Notes: generated from the letters alone by a model not told the origin. A DNA stretch of 64,000 nucleotides from Candidatus Latescibacterota bacterium (GCA_965204745.1 OZ242010.1:3904001-3968000), one strand, 5' to 3'; counted from the stretch's first letter, positions 9,411 to 20,083 are shown. A program made the numbers and translations.

Positions 9411-10202
9411 CTATTCTCTATAATCGGCCCAGGCCCTGAACATCTGATAGAGGAGTGTCGGCGACAAGGTTCGTCTTTGCACCATCTTCTTGGCGGCAAA
9501 TGCAAATATAAAAAGAGGGGCCAGTTTGCCATAGATGCGTTTCATGGCCGCTCCCTTGGAGTACATCAAGTTTATGTCGATGGCGCCGCGCGATGCTGTC
9601 GAGTCCATCGGATGGAACGAGATGATGTCGGGGACGAAGATGATCTTCAGCCCCCTGCGGAGTGCGTCTGCCAGAAATATGGGCTCTTCGTCTGAAATGT
9701 ACATGGAGCCACCACCGAATGCTTCGGCGAAATACAGGGCGACCTCTCGGACGCGAGACAGTCGGAAGGCGATTTCCGGTGCCCGGACTTTCCAGATGCT
9801 GATCAGGGAGTGTGGCCGGGGCTGGCGCGGATACGGTTTGCGTAGCACCCCGTCGGGGGCCGTCTTCTCCATGAAGGTGATGATGTCCGCTTCAGGGAAC
9901 CTGGCAAAAGCGTCCTCCACGCGATCACATACGTCGGGAACATAGACCTGATCGTCGTCGCCGATCAGGCAAATCTCCGCCGACGCCAGATCAATCGCCC
10001 GGTTGCGGCTGCGCGACACACCGCGTTCGCGCCGTTCGTCGAAGGCAGCGAACCCAGCGGCGGTGGATCGGTCATAACGTTTGCATGTTGTCTCGTCCCC
10101 ACCTTGGGGGATGAGTTGGTTGACCACGACGCAGATGTTCGGATCCACGCCCGCCCTCGCCGAGTCGAAGCGAGCGTTCACTGAGGACATGAGGATCTGC
10201 AT
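9411..10202 (-). CDS. Glycosyltransferase family 2
   Basis: VVVNQ, RGVSRSRNRAI, LIGDDD; start approximate. Confidence 0.75.
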   Translation of the reverse strand: MQILMSSVNARFDSARAGVDPNICVVVNQLIPQGGDETTCKRYDRSTAAGFAAFDERRERGVSRSRNRAIDLASAEICLIGDDDQVYVPDVCDRVEDAFARFPEADIITFMEKTAPDGVLRKPYPRQPRPHSLISIWKVRAPEIAFRLSRVREVALYFAEAFGGGSMYISDEEPIFLADALRRGLKIIFVPDIISFHPMDSTASRGAIDINLMYSKGAAMKRIYGKLAPLFIFAFAAKKMVQRRTLSPTLLYQMFRAWADYRE

Positions 10203-10338
10203 AAGGCAAGCTCCATACGAGGTTTTGTATGCAATGTTGCGCGTCAATTAAGCACTATCTTCAAGCACGCCAAATGCTCGAAACGAGATTTTAGTGCCCA
10301 ATCAAGAGGAATATCTACGTGCATCTCGTTTCTCCTGC

Positions 10339-11073
10339 TCATCTGCACCATTGGGAGTACAGCGCGTCGAATCTTCGTCGAGCTGCGTCGTAAATTGAAT
10401 AATTCGCACATTGAGTGGCTCGCACTGCTTCTTTTTCTTTTGCGCTGAATTTGTCTGGAATCGCTTCGTTGACGTTGAGCCTGTGATACGGAATGTCAAT
10501 CCCGAAGATCGCCGAAAAAAGAACCAAACTGGCTTCGTATTCTTCCGTTATCCCGACGAAGGCGAATCGGTCCATTGGCACGCCACCCATCATCAACGCA
10601 TAGTACGATCTATGACGAGGTCGAGACGCGTACTGCCCGAGTGTCAAAAACCGGCCAGGTACTTTATATTTTTTTTTCGAGCGAAATAGGGACACGTACA
10701 ACTTGGAGGTCAGGAATTTGCCTCTGTATCTGGTATGCCAAAACTGCGGCTGGGGCCTCAACGAGTAGCGATATTGCGAGATAATCCGATCGGTCGGATC
10801 GCGAAAAAAGGCGCATAAGATGGCGCGATCTCCCAGCGGCAAGTATTTGGACGAGACAAAATGGCCGTGGACCGCGTCGTAACTCGCAATCAGTCTGTCT
10901 GTCTGAAAGCGAACCGCGAGACGACCTCGCCAGCGTTTTGGCCAAGAGTAGATAGGAGGCCCCAAAGGCATGTCCTCCCCGTAGTCGAGCAACAGACGTT
11001 TCCCAAAGTGGCTCTTAAGGCCCTTTCTGAAACTGCTACCGGCTGTCTTTTGCATGTGAACGGAAACGATCAT
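10339..11073 (-). CDS. Sulfotransferase family protein
   Basis: HMQKTAGSS (5'-PSB loop), FFRDPTDRIISQY (3'-PB), FVGITE. Confidence 0.8.
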   Translation of the reverse strand: MIVSVHMQKTAGSSFRKGLKSHFGKRLLLDYGEDMPLGPPIYSWPKRWRGRLAVRFQTDRLIASYDAVHGHFVSSKYLPLGDRAILCAFFRDPTDRIISQYRYSLRPQPQFWHTRYRGKFLTSKLYVSLFRSKKKYKVPGRFLTLGQYASRPRHRSYYALMMGGVPMDRFAFVGITEEYEASLVLFSAIFGIDIPYHRLNVNEAIPDKFSAKEKEAVRATQCANYSIYDAARRRFDALYSQWCR

Positions 11074-11144
11074 TTGTCGAAGCCTCGAAAATATGCTACC
11101 CGTCGCGCTTGACCTTGGGCATCGCCGCGTGCCCATCCAGAAGT

Positions 11145-12092
11145 TCAAGACCGCTCATCGTCAGAGCGATGAGAGGCGACAAAAATAGCCGTCTTCGTTG
11201 CGAGGTCTGTCGCCTCCATGCCGCGGAACTGTTCTGCTAGTTCCAAGGCACCCCGCTCGATGAGGTTGAGGGCACGTATATCGACAGAGGTATCAACGGC
11301 GAGAATGTCGAATCCGCAATGCTCAAAGATGCGGCGGTAGTCGGACACACGCAGTCGGTTCAAGTACATCAATGCACTGCTGTAGCGACCGTATGTCTCT
11401 TTATCGAACTTTAAGAAGTTGACAGCAGAGATGGTCGGATCGGATGATGCAAAATGATCGGCGAGATCGATCTGATGCACGCAAAGGCCGCCCGGTTTGA
11501 GCAATCGCTTGGCCGTTTCCAACATGCGGTGAAGCGATTTCGGCGAAAAATGTTCCAAACAGTTGTTGGAGCAATGGAGATCAAACTGCTGATCGGACAA
11601 GTCGAGATCGCAGGCATCAGCCGGCGCGAGATAGGAAATATTGCACAGGTCCATTATCTGTTTGACCAACTTTTTCGGCGATTTCGCGTTCAATGCCAGC
11701 AACTCGTCAAGTCGGTCCCCTGCCCTCGCAGGCAACACTTCAGCCAACCATGCCCTGTGAGACCGGTACCAGTTGATATGGGAGCGCACGCGCACAGGCA
11801 TGATATTGCGATGCAAATCGACACTTGTGATCCGATCAGCACCGAGGAGCCACAAGATAATGGGCAGGTTCATTCTTTGGCCCGTTCCGATCTCTACAAT
11901 TGTCGCACCTCGCAAACACCCATACATCTGAATCGCATCGGCTAAAGTAAGTACGCTTTTAATGTGCTCCTTTGGCGAGCGCGGGCAATACAAGTGGTAG
12001 AGCCATTGAATCTGACGATAGCAGGTTCGGGCCAGTGGCAGAGGCAACGTTGCTATCGCCTTCTGTAATTTTGCCTTGGTTGTCCATTTCAT
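11145..12092 (-). CDS. Class I SAM-dependent methyltransferase
   Basis: VEIGTG, SNNCLEH, LKPGG, HQIDLADH, LNRLR. Confidence 0.8.
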   Translation of the reverse strand: MKWTTKAKLQKAIATLPLPLARTCYRQIQWLYHLYCPRSPKEHIKSVLTLADAIQMYGCLRGATIVEIGTGQRMNLPIILWLLGADRITSVDLHRNIMPVRVRSHINWYRSHRAWLAEVLPARAGDRLDELLALNAKSPKKLVKQIMDLCNISYLAPADACDLDLSDQQFDLHCSNNCLEHFSPKSLHRMLETAKRLLKPGGLCVHQIDLADHFASSDPTISAVNFLKFDKETYGRYSSALMYLNRLRVSDYRRIFEHCGFDILAVDTSVDIRALNLIERGALELAEQFRGMEATDLATKTAIFVASHRSDDERS

Positions 12093-12129
12093 ACCGCAAA
12101 ACGCTCCGGAGAAATGACCCTTGTAGCCT

Positions 12130-13143
12130 TTATGTCGGCTTTTGGGGACGGTCGAGTGATGGATCGGGTTGGGCGCAAAAGAAGAAACCGATCCCCCAAC
12201 ACAAGTGCATCGTCACCAAAACCACTGGAAGGATGACCGCGGCGATGTCCCGGCGGCAGATGCCCACGACAACAGCACCTACGATCAACGCAGTGGCGTA
12301 GAGAAGCGGCAACACCATCGCCACAGACGAAAAGCCGGCCAATGCCAACAGGGCAGAGCCAACCAAACCCAATGCGATCAATGGGGCTACGAGATGGCGA
12401 ACCCGCAGTTCGGTCAAATTGCGCTTCAGAATCACCGGCTTCCAGCGGCCATAATCGAAATACTGCCGGGCCAAGGCCCGAAGATTGCCGCGCGGGCGAT
12501 AGAAAGCCGTCATAGCCGGATCGAACCACACCACCTCGCCACCCCGGCGCAGACGCCAGTTGAGTTCTGCATCTTGTCCTCGGCTCAGTGCCGGATCGAA
12601 TCCTCCCACGGCTTCCAGCGCGTCGCGCCGGTACACGCCCAAATAAAAATTGTCAACCGGGCCTTCGGCACCGCCCAAGCGATAGCGCGCATCGCCCGCG
12701 CCCAGCGGCGTGCTGATCGCCAACCCAACAGCGCGTTCAAAAAGGGTATCGCCAACGGGCCGTTGCCGACCGCCCACGACTGCTGCCCCCGTCCTCATCA
12801 GCGACTCAACCCCTCGCTGCAAGTAATCCGGCGGGAGCGTCGCATGGCAGTCGCACCGCACCACGATCTGCCCGCTCGCCTCCTCGAGTGCTGCGTTGAG
12901 CCCGTTGGGCGTGGTCTGTTCCGGGTTGGGGACGATCTGCACGGCTGGGTACTGTTGCCTGACCACCTCTGCCGTCGCCGGGGAATCCGACCCATCGGCG
13001 ACGATCACCTCTATCGCGCCCGCGTAATCCTGCGCCATTACGGAATCGAGCGTGGATGAGATACTGGCTTCGGCATTGCGGGCTGGAATGATCACAGACA
13101 CCAACGGAAGTGTTGCGGAATTTTCATTGGGGCAACCGCTCAT
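12130..13143 (-). CDS. GT2 glycosyltransferase (ExoA-like) with C-terminal TMs
   Basis: SVIIPARN, DGS, RCDCH, QDAELNWRL, QYFDYG. Confidence 0.85.
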   Translation of the reverse strand: MSGCPNENSATLPLVSVIIPARNAEASISSTLDSVMAQDYAGAIEVIVADGSDSPATAEVVRQQYPAVQIVPNPEQTTPNGLNAALEEASGQIVVRCDCHATLPPDYLQRGVESLMRTGAAVVGGRQRPVGDTLFERAVGLAISTPLGAGDARYRLGGAEGPVDNFYLGVYRRDALEAVGGFDPALSRGQDAELNWRLRRGGEVVWFDPAMTAFYRPRGNLRALARQYFDYGRWKPVILKRNLTELRVRHLVAPLIALGLVGSALLALAGFSSVAMVLPLLYATALIVGAVVVGICRRDIAAVILPVVLVTMHLCWGIGFFFCAQPDPSLDRPQKPT

Positions 13144-13176
13144 GGATTCGACCTTTCCCGTCACCCTTCGGCGAAT

Positions 13177-13812
13177 TTACCAGAGACTCGCACTGCACGC
13201 GGCCCACGCGCCGAGGATGGTCCGCCGCAAGACCCCAAAGCCTGCCCGCCACAAGAGGCCGAGGTCCGTAAAAAAGGTGCGGCGCGCCAAGTAATCGAGA
13301 TCCAAGCGCAATTTATCGGGCATGACCACATTGAGGTAATATTCTTCTAGGCTTTCGCCAGATCGCTCCAGAAGTTCTTCTTCGCGCAGGTACGCGACAT
13401 TGGCCGCGCTGACGAGCCCGGGCGAGTTGTCGAAAACCCGGCGTTGCTCTGCCGTGTAATGGGCAAAATACCGAGGGTCTTGGGGCCGCGACCCGACCAT
13501 GCTCATCTCGCCTTTTAGGACATTCCAAAGTTGGGGCAATTCGTCCAACTTGTTCCGCCGCAAAATCTGGCCCACGGGTGTGATGCGCGGGTCGCCCGCT
13601 CGCGTAATCCGAGGCCCAAACGGCCCGCCCGCCCACATCGAGCGAAACTTATACATCACAAAGGTTTGCCCATCCTTGCCAATGCGAACAGCGCGATACA
13701 GCACCGGGCCAGGCGAGGTCGACTTAACCAACAATGCCAAGCCCAAAAACACGGGCGAGAGCAAAACGAGACAACCGCCGGCCACGACACAATCAAAAAC
13801 GCGCTTCGCCAT
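13177..13812 (-). CDS. Priming phosphoglycosyltransferase (bacterial sugar transferase)
   Basis: KRVFD, YKFRSM, DPRIT, KLDELPQLWNVLKGEMS; ATG overlaps upstream stop. Confidence 0.9.
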   Translation of the reverse strand: MAKRVFDCVVAGGCLVLLSPVFLGLALLVKSTSPGPVLYRAVRIGKDGQTFVMYKFRSMWAGGPFGPRITRAGDPRITPVGQILRRNKLDELPQLWNVLKGEMSMVGSRPQDPRYFAHYTAEQRRVFDNSPGLVSAANVAYLREEELLERSGESLEEYYLNVVMPDKLRLDLDYLARRTFFTDLGLLWRAGFGVLRRTILGAWAACSASLW

Positions 13813-14801
13813 CAGCGGCCTCGCTCGGTGATATTTCCCTTTTGATCGGTGGCCGCGAACCCCAGTCGCTCCTTGATCAAGTAGAGCGGCCGTCTTTTCA
13901 CCTCGCCGTAGATGCGCCCCAAGTATTCGCCCATAATGCCGATGAACACGAGTTGCACGCCGCCAAAAAATACGATGGCGATGAACAGCAAGGTCCAGCC
14001 GGTGATCCAGATGTCGAAAAAAATGCGGAGGCCGAGCGCGTACGCAATACCCAACAGAGCCAGGCCAGAAGTGCAAAAACCGCCATAAGTCGCCAAGCGC
14101 AACGGCACCATGGAAAACGATAAAATGCCGTCAATGGCCAAGCGTAGCATCTTTCTGAACGAGTATTTGGTCTCGCCCGCGGTCCGAACCGCCCGCCGAT
14201 AGGGCACCGGCTCTTGGCGAAAGCCGGTCCACGCCACCATGCCGCGCATAAGTCGGTCGCGTTCTGGCATGGCGAGAAAGGCATTGACCACCTTGCGATC
14301 CATCAGCCGAAAATCGCCCGTATCGACCGGGATGGCGACATCGGCGATTCGATTGATGAGGCGATAAAACGCACTAGCGGTCCAGCGTTTGAAAGTCGTC
14401 TCGCCCTCGCGTTCCGTGCGGAGGCCATAAGCGACATCCACCCCTTCGCGCCAGTGCTCGAGCATTTCGAGAATGACGGCGGGCGGGTCTTGCAAATCCG
14501 AGTCGATGATGACCACGGCGTCGCCCTCGGCGCATTGCAGTCCGGCGGTCACGGCGATCTGTTGGCCGAAATTGCGCGACAAGGCGAGCACGCGCACGCG
14601 CTCATCCCTGCGTTGCAACCCCCGCAAAAGTTTCAGCGTGGCATCGCGGCTGCCATCATCGACATAAATGAGTTCAAAGTCGAGTTCGGGAACTTTCTCA
14701 AGCGCGGCGACGAGACCGCGATGCGTCTCGCGGATGACCGCCTCTTCGTTAAAACAGGGCACGACGACGGATAAGAGATTGAGGGCGCGTTCCTTTATCA
14801 T
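13812..14801 (-). CDS. GtrB/DPM1-like polyprenol-phosphate glycosyltransferase
   Basis: VVPCFNEE, DDGSRD, LSRNFGQQ, DSDLQDPP, GDFRLMDR, two C-terminal TMs. Confidence 0.9.
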   Translation of the reverse strand: MIKERALNLLSVVVPCFNEEAVIRETHRGLVAALEKVPELDFELIYVDDGSRDATLKLLRGLQRRDERVRVLALSRNFGQQIAVTAGLQCAEGDAVVIIDSDLQDPPAVILEMLEHWREGVDVAYGLRTEREGETTFKRWTASAFYRLINRIADVAIPVDTGDFRLMDRKVVNAFLAMPERDRLMRGMVAWTGFRQEPVPYRRAVRTAGETKYSFRKMLRLAIDGILSFSMVPLRLATYGGFCTSGLALLGIAYALGLRIFFDIWITGWTLLFIAIVFFGGVQLVFIGIMGEYLGRIYGEVKRRPLYLIKERLGFAATDQKGNITERGR

Positions 14802-16126
14802 TTTTTTTCTTCCTCCAACATCGCCGCAAAGGCCCGGGCCGCTTCTCGTCCCTGTTGGATCGCGTAGTTCGTACCCCGGTCCTGCGGATAGATTTGCGCC
14901 ATCGTCGCCAGCAACAAATTTGCCAACGGTGTCTGCCTATCGGGAATCAGCCGGCGGTAGCCGCGCTCGACAACCGGTTGCGTGTACCGCGCACGCCAAA
15001 CATGGGCATCGAGAACGCGCTCATCCGTCAAATCCGGGAACATCCGGCGCAGGTGTTCCAACGTAAACGCGATCACCTCCTCATCCGGCATCCCATAGAC
15101 TGGATCTGTCGCGGGCAGGTACTTGGACAAATAGACGATGTGCCGTCCCGCATAAGTCGAGGCCGGCTCGAAATTCGTGTGCTCGATAACCGCCACAAAT
15201 GGGAAACTGGGATCATTGACATTTAGCCAATAAATGTCCGAAAGGCTGCGATCCAGTTCTAGCACCACGCAGATATTGGCGAGATAGCGGATGCGCCGCA
15301 GGTGTGCGACGTATTCGTCCGGCGCGTGCGGTGCCATCAGATCCGCGACTATCGGCAACGCGGTCGTGGCGATCACCCCATCGCAGGCTATGGTCGCATC
15401 GGCAGTAATGACATCCGTCACCCGCCCCTGATCCACCCGCAACTCACGCACCGCGGCCCCTGTCACGATCTCGCCTCCTTGCGCGCAAATAGCGTCCGAT
15501 AAGGCATCCGCCAGTGCGGCGAAGCCGCCCCGGTAGTACGCGAGGTGCTCTGTGCCACCCTTGCCGCGGCTACTGCCCCGCAACTTGAGTTTGTTCCAAA
15601 ACCAGACCGCGGCCACTTCTTCTGCCAAGTCCCCGAATTTTCCGCGCAGGAGCGGTTCCCAGACGACCTCGTACACGCGCTCACCGCCCAATTCCCGAAG
15701 CCAGTCCGTGGCCGTGCGGTCTTCCAAATCGCGCCAATCCCGCAATCGGCGCGCCCGCAATGCCAACAGGCCGAGCCGAATGCGGCTCCAGAACGGCAGG
15801 GCCGAGAAGCGCAGGAGATCGAGGGGCGAGGAGATCTTGAAAAATTGATGGGCGTAGTACGTGCCGACACGCGAGGGGCGCAACAAAACGCGATCCGATT
15901 GGCCCAACTCCTCAACGAGTTGCCTGACGTGGACATCGTGCGAGAGCCAGTGGTGATAGAATTTTTCGAGGCGCGTGCCGCCCGCGTTGAAACTCCCGGC
16001 CAAGCCGCCGATTTCGCTATCCCGCTCCAGCACTGTGGCGCGAATGCCGCGCTTGCCGAGTTCGTAGGCCGCTGCAAGGCCGCAAAAGCCCGCGCCGATT
16101 ACCGCGATGTGAGGCTGAGATGTCAT
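14798..16126 (-). CDS. FAD-dependent oxidoreductase (protoporphyrinogen oxidase/amine oxidase-like)
   Basis: GAGFCG dinucleotide motif, EKFYHH, IYPQDRGTNYA. Confidence 0.8.
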   Translation of the reverse strand: MTSQPHIAVIGAGFCGLAAAYELGKRGIRATVLERDSEIGGLAGSFNAGGTRLEKFYHHWLSHDVHVRQLVEELGQSDRVLLRPSRVGTYYAHQFFKISSPLDLLRFSALPFWSRIRLGLLALRARRLRDWRDLEDRTATDWLRELGGERVYEVVWEPLLRGKFGDLAEEVAAVWFWNKLKLRGSSRGKGGTEHLAYYRGGFAALADALSDAICAQGGEIVTGAAVRELRVDQGRVTDVITADATIACDGVIATTALPIVADLMAPHAPDEYVAHLRRIRYLANICVVLELDRSLSDIYWLNVNDPSFPFVAVIEHTNFEPASTYAGRHIVYLSKYLPATDPVYGMPDEEVIAFTLEHLRRMFPDLTDERVLDAHVWRARYTQPVVERGYRRLIPDRQTPLANLLLATMAQIYPQDRGTNYAIQQGREAARAFAAMLEEEKK

Positions 16127-16144
16127 CTGCAAAGCTCCTATGGA

Positions 16145-17131
16145 CTACTTCTGTTGCGATTTCTTCTTGCAAAGCGAAAACAAGAATCCGATTCCCCAAC
16201 CCAGATGAATTGTCGCCAACACCAAAGGGACGAGGACTGCGGCAAAGTCGAGATGGCGGAGGCCCGTGATCAGGCCGCCGAGGATGATGGTCGCAAAGTA
16301 GATGGATGGCAACACGGACGACCACACCGTGTCGGCCAAAATGAGCACATCAGAGATCACCAACCCCAGCACCAACAAGGGCGCGGCGAGTTGCCGGAGG
16401 CGCAGAGATGAGGGATGGATTTTCAGCACCACCGCCTTCTGATGCCCGTAAAAGAAGTACTGATGAAACAAATCCACCAAATTGCCGCGCGGTTGGTAGG
16501 CGACCTCCAACTTTGGGTCGAACCACACGACCTCCTCGCGTTGCCGTAGCCGATAATTGAGTTCGTAATCCTCATTTGCGATTAAAGTGGGATTGAATCT
16601 CCCCACGGCTTCGAGCTTCTGCCGAGGCCACGCGCCCAAATACACCGTGTCCGTGGGGCCTTCAGGCCCTCCCATGCGGTAGCGCGCCCCGCCCGTGCCC
16701 AGAAACGAGGTGGTCGCCATTGCCACGGCCCGTCCGACAAAGCTCTTTCCGACCGGACGCTGAAGGCCCCCAACATTGGCCGCACCCGTTCTGATCAAGG
16801 TAGCGACAACCCGCTTGATATAGCCTTGCGGCAACACGGCATGGGCATCGCAACGCACGATGATCTCCCCGGTGGCTACCCGCAACGCAGCATTGAGGCC
16901 GGCCGGCGTGATCTGTTGGGGATTGGACACGGCGCGCACGTTTGGATAACGCCGCCAAAGCAGATCTGCGGTCGCCATGGTGTCTGAACCATCGGCTACG
17001 ATCACCTCGATGGGGCCGCCGTAGTCCTGCGACAACACCGAATCGAGGACCTCGGGAAGTGTCGCGTCCGCATTGCGCGCTGGGATAATGACGGATACTG
17101 AAGGGAGATGTTTGGGTTCTGACGCTCGCAT
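16145..17131 (-). CDS. GT2 glycosyltransferase (ExoA-like), paralog of 12130..13143
   Basis: SVIIPARN, RCDAH, NEDYELNYRL; collinear with the 12130..13143 protein. Confidence 0.85.
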   Translation of the reverse strand: MRASEPKHLPSVSVIIPARNADATLPEVLDSVLSQDYGGPIEVIVADGSDTMATADLLWRRYPNVRAVSNPQQITPAGLNAALRVATGEIIVRCDAHAVLPQGYIKRVVATLIRTGAANVGGLQRPVGKSFVGRAVAMATTSFLGTGGARYRMGGPEGPTDTVYLGAWPRQKLEAVGRFNPTLIANEDYELNYRLRQREEVVWFDPKLEVAYQPRGNLVDLFHQYFFYGHQKAVVLKIHPSSLRLRQLAAPLLVLGLVISDVLILADTVWSSVLPSIYFATIILGGLITGLRHLDFAAVLVPLVLATIHLGWGIGFLFSLCKKKSQQK

Positions 17132-17185
17132 AAAAATAAAGTCTCGCGGAGAAATGAGACCAAAAACGCATTGGTGTCAAGATAT

Positions 17186-20083
17186 TCAACCGAGACGCGC
17201 TCGTGCGGCTCGAGAATAGATATCGCAGAGTTGCCGAATGACGACCTCGTAATCGTACTCCCGCCGCGCCTTCTGGCGGTTGTATTGTCCCGCACGCCGT
17301 CTCAGAGCAGGATCATCGCGCAACCGGGTCAACGCCTCGACATATCCCATAACGTCGTCAGAATCAGCGAGAAAGCCACCCTCGGGCACGTCGATCATCT
17401 CGGGAATCGCCCCCACAGAGGACGCCACCACCGGCAGGCCAACCGCCATCGCCTCGGCTATGCTGTTGGGAAAACCTTCAAACTCAAACTTGGATGGGAA
17501 TAGAAAGACGTCGCTTTCCGATAGCATCTCGACGATTTCGCGGTTCGCAACCGGCCCCAGCACTTGCACTCGGTCTGCCACCCCTCGCTCTCGGATATGC
17601 CGCAGGAGGTTCGCACGGGATTCGCCGGGCGCGTCTCCCACCAGTTGAAAGCGTGCGTTGGGCAAGTGTTCGGCGACTTCCACAATCGCGTGAACGCCTT
17701 TTGCTTCGACGAGCGCGCCGGTGAAGATGACCCTCAGACGGTCGCGCTGATCCAAAACGCGCTCGGGGATCGTGCGAAAATCTACAAAATTGGGCATGAG
17801 GGGGCAAGTTTTATGTGCGAAATCGCCCAGTTCCAATATGGCGCGGTAACTCGGTTGCCCCAATGCCAGAATTTGTGTTGCGTTGTCGAAGATGATGCGG
17901 TAGGCCCAGCAATAGAATCGCGCCGCGATCCCGTCATCGAGAGGGACTTTGAATGTCCCATGCAGATGCGCGATGTACGGCACTTTGGCCCGCTTTGCGA
18001 TCCATGCGGAGGCCAAATTTCGAGGCATGCCGGTGCGCGTAAGAGAATAATTCAAATGCACGAGGGAAAAACGCCCGGAAGATAATGCGCGCTGGATTTG
18101 CCACAAGATTCGCAGATTGCGCCTAACCTCGGTCAGATTTAGCATGGGCCGTGCGGCTGAATGCCCCCGAAATGCTCGGGTGTCGACGAGTTCAAACGCA
18201 AAGGGCGCGGGCAATCCGCGTTCGCACAAAATTTGCGTCCACGTCTCCATCCCTCCAGGCGGCGGCGGGAGTGGCGACACCAGCAACACCCTTGTCGGAT
18301 GTGGCGACGAGGCGTTGCGAGAAGTTGCAATTCGCTTAATTCCAAACGCTAGTCCAATCAGAAAGAAGTGCCCCCAATCCCCTACGAATGGCCCGTCGTC
18401 ATGAAAGAGAGTGACAACTGTATAGGCGGCTAGAGCACCAAAAACAGCCGTTGGGAGAAAGCAGAGTGTATCATCCTGCGAGCGTGCGATAAACCTTCCC
18501 GAGTCAATTAACGACCGCAACACGAGCACGTAAAACAAAACGAGCAAAATCAAGCCGGGAAACCCATAGTACACGAGAATGAACAAAAACTGGTTATGCG
18601 GAGTGTGGGCAAGCAAAACATTCGCGGTCCCGGTAGCCAGTCTCGCGCTTAGATGTGAACGGTTTGGAAAATACCTACCTGTTCCGAATGGATAGTCCAA
18701 TGAATACCGCAATGCCGAAGATGCCATGAGCATCCGGGATTGGGCAGATCGATCAGAGATCCGTAAGACGCGCTTCGTTGCACCAATTCCCCTCTCCTCA
18801 TGGAAAAGTGTGCCAAGGCTCGGGCCATCACTGTTCAGATAGGGAAAAGAATTCCGCCACTGCTCCCAATGCGTTTCACCGGCCGACCGTAGCCGATACC
18901 GATGCCGACGGCTGACGATGTTCGCCCAGTCACCAGGCTCGCGCCAAGTAAGCACCAAGGTCGGATGCTCTGCTTGGGCAGTGAACTCGCGTTCCGCATA
19001 TCCATGGGCGTTTTGTACGCGCAACTGTATTGTATACGCTCGCCTTGGGACCAGATAGGGAATCAGATGGCCTACGGTCAAGCTGTCACTGCCATTGGTG
19101 AGGCTGTCGAAGCCGGTGGCGAGGCCGGTGATGGTCGGGCTGTCGCTGTCAATAGTCGGGCTATTTCCGTCGCCTGCGAACTTGGCAACGATAGACAGCA
19201 CCTGAAAAAATATCAACTGCCCGATTGCAAGGAGCGCGACGACAAGGAGCCAGCGTCTCCAAATCCACGGTCTTCTCATCGACAGCAAGACGACGATGAC
19301 AGCACTGATCAGCACACCGAGAATCGTTGCACGCATGCTATTTAGGATCATCGCCGATACCATGACCATCAATGCGACATACAACGCAAAAATCCTCTTG
19401 GATGCCCGCCCAAAAGGACTGTATAGAAGCACGACAAGAGCCAAGGGGATGGCAACAGTGAGTTGACGACCAAAAGCATTCCGACCCGGGGTCAGCCCCG
19501 CGACCCCCACCTGACCCCAAATCAATGCCAAGTTGTGCTCGCTCACGGTGACGAGGTGCCGCCATAAAGTAAAGAGCGGATCGCCGAGAAAGGTGACGCC
19601 GAGGCCGAACAGCGCGGACACAAAAGTTGCGAGCATGATCACCTGCACCATGAGCACGACCCGACGAGTGCTATCTACGCATAGATACACCGCGAACAGG
19701 ACACCGATGCCCATGCCCATCTGCGCCAATAGAGTCGGATTGAGCGTGTCGGTGAATAGATTGACCGCCAATGCCCATATCAGTAGCAACAGTGCCACCG
19801 CGATGATCGGAATGACCGGACGAAACTCCTCGACGAGCGCGGAGAGGGCGCGTTTCCCAAGCCGGATCGCGCACAGCAGCGTATAGGCGAGCGACAGGAA
19901 GACCGTGATGGCGGCGAGAATCACATTCGGCCCTCCAAGCGGCAACGGCGTGCTGGCAAACCAGAGATGCGCGACAAGGGTCGCCATCAACAGGACGAAT
20001 ATCAGCCCAATTATTGCGTCGTGCCGGGGATTGGAGAACAGTCGCCGACTTCGGTCTGTGGCTGGAGACTCGGCTTTCAACAT
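17186..20083 (-). CDS. Fusion of Wzy/O-antigen ligase-like membrane domain and C-terminal GT4 glycosyltransferase
   Basis: About 11-12 hydrophobic segments, SMRATILG, YPFGTG, PHNQFL (Wzy_C-like); then PPPPGGMETW...KG...FPSK..EGFPNSIAEAMAVG (GT4); AGGAG before ATG 20083. Confidence 0.75.
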   Translation of the reverse strand: MLKAESPATDRSRRLFSNPRHDAIIGLIFVLLMATLVAHLWFASTPLPLGGPNVILAAITVFLSLAYTLLCAIRLGKRALSALVEEFRPVIPIIAVALLLLIWALAVNLFTDTLNPTLLAQMGMGIGVLFAVYLCVDSTRRVVLMVQVIMLATFVSALFGLGVTFLGDPLFTLWRHLVTVSEHNLALIWGQVGVAGLTPGRNAFGRQLTVAIPLALVVLLYSPFGRASKRIFALYVALMVMVSAMILNSMRATILGVLISAVIVVLLSMRRPWIWRRWLLVVALLAIGQLIFFQVLSIVAKFAGDGNSPTIDSDSPTITGLATGFDSLTNGSDSLTVGHLIPYLVPRRAYTIQLRVQNAHGYAEREFTAQAEHPTLVLTWREPGDWANIVSRRHRYRLRSAGETHWEQWRNSFPYLNSDGPSLGTLFHEERGIGATKRVLRISDRSAQSRMLMASSALRYSLDYPFGTGRYFPNRSHLSARLATGTANVLLAHTPHNQFLFILVYYGFPGLILLVLFYVLVLRSLIDSGRFIARSQDDTLCFLPTAVFGALAAYTVVTLFHDDGPFVGDWGHFFLIGLAFGIKRIATSRNASSPHPTRVLLVSPLPPPPGGMETWTQILCERGLPAPFAFELVDTRAFRGHSAARPMLNLTEVRRNLRILWQIQRALSSGRFSLVHLNYSLTRTGMPRNLASAWIAKRAKVPYIAHLHGTFKVPLDDGIAARFYCWAYRIIFDNATQILALGQPSYRAILELGDFAHKTCPLMPNFVDFRTIPERVLDQRDRLRVIFTGALVEAKGVHAIVEVAEHLPNARFQLVGDAPGESRANLLRHIRERGVADRVQVLGPVANREIVEMLSESDVFLFPSKFEFEGFPNSIAEAMAVGLPVVASSVGAIPEMIDVPEGGFLADSDDVMGYVEALTRLRDDPALRRRAGQYNRQKARREYDYEVVIRQLCDIYSRAARARLG

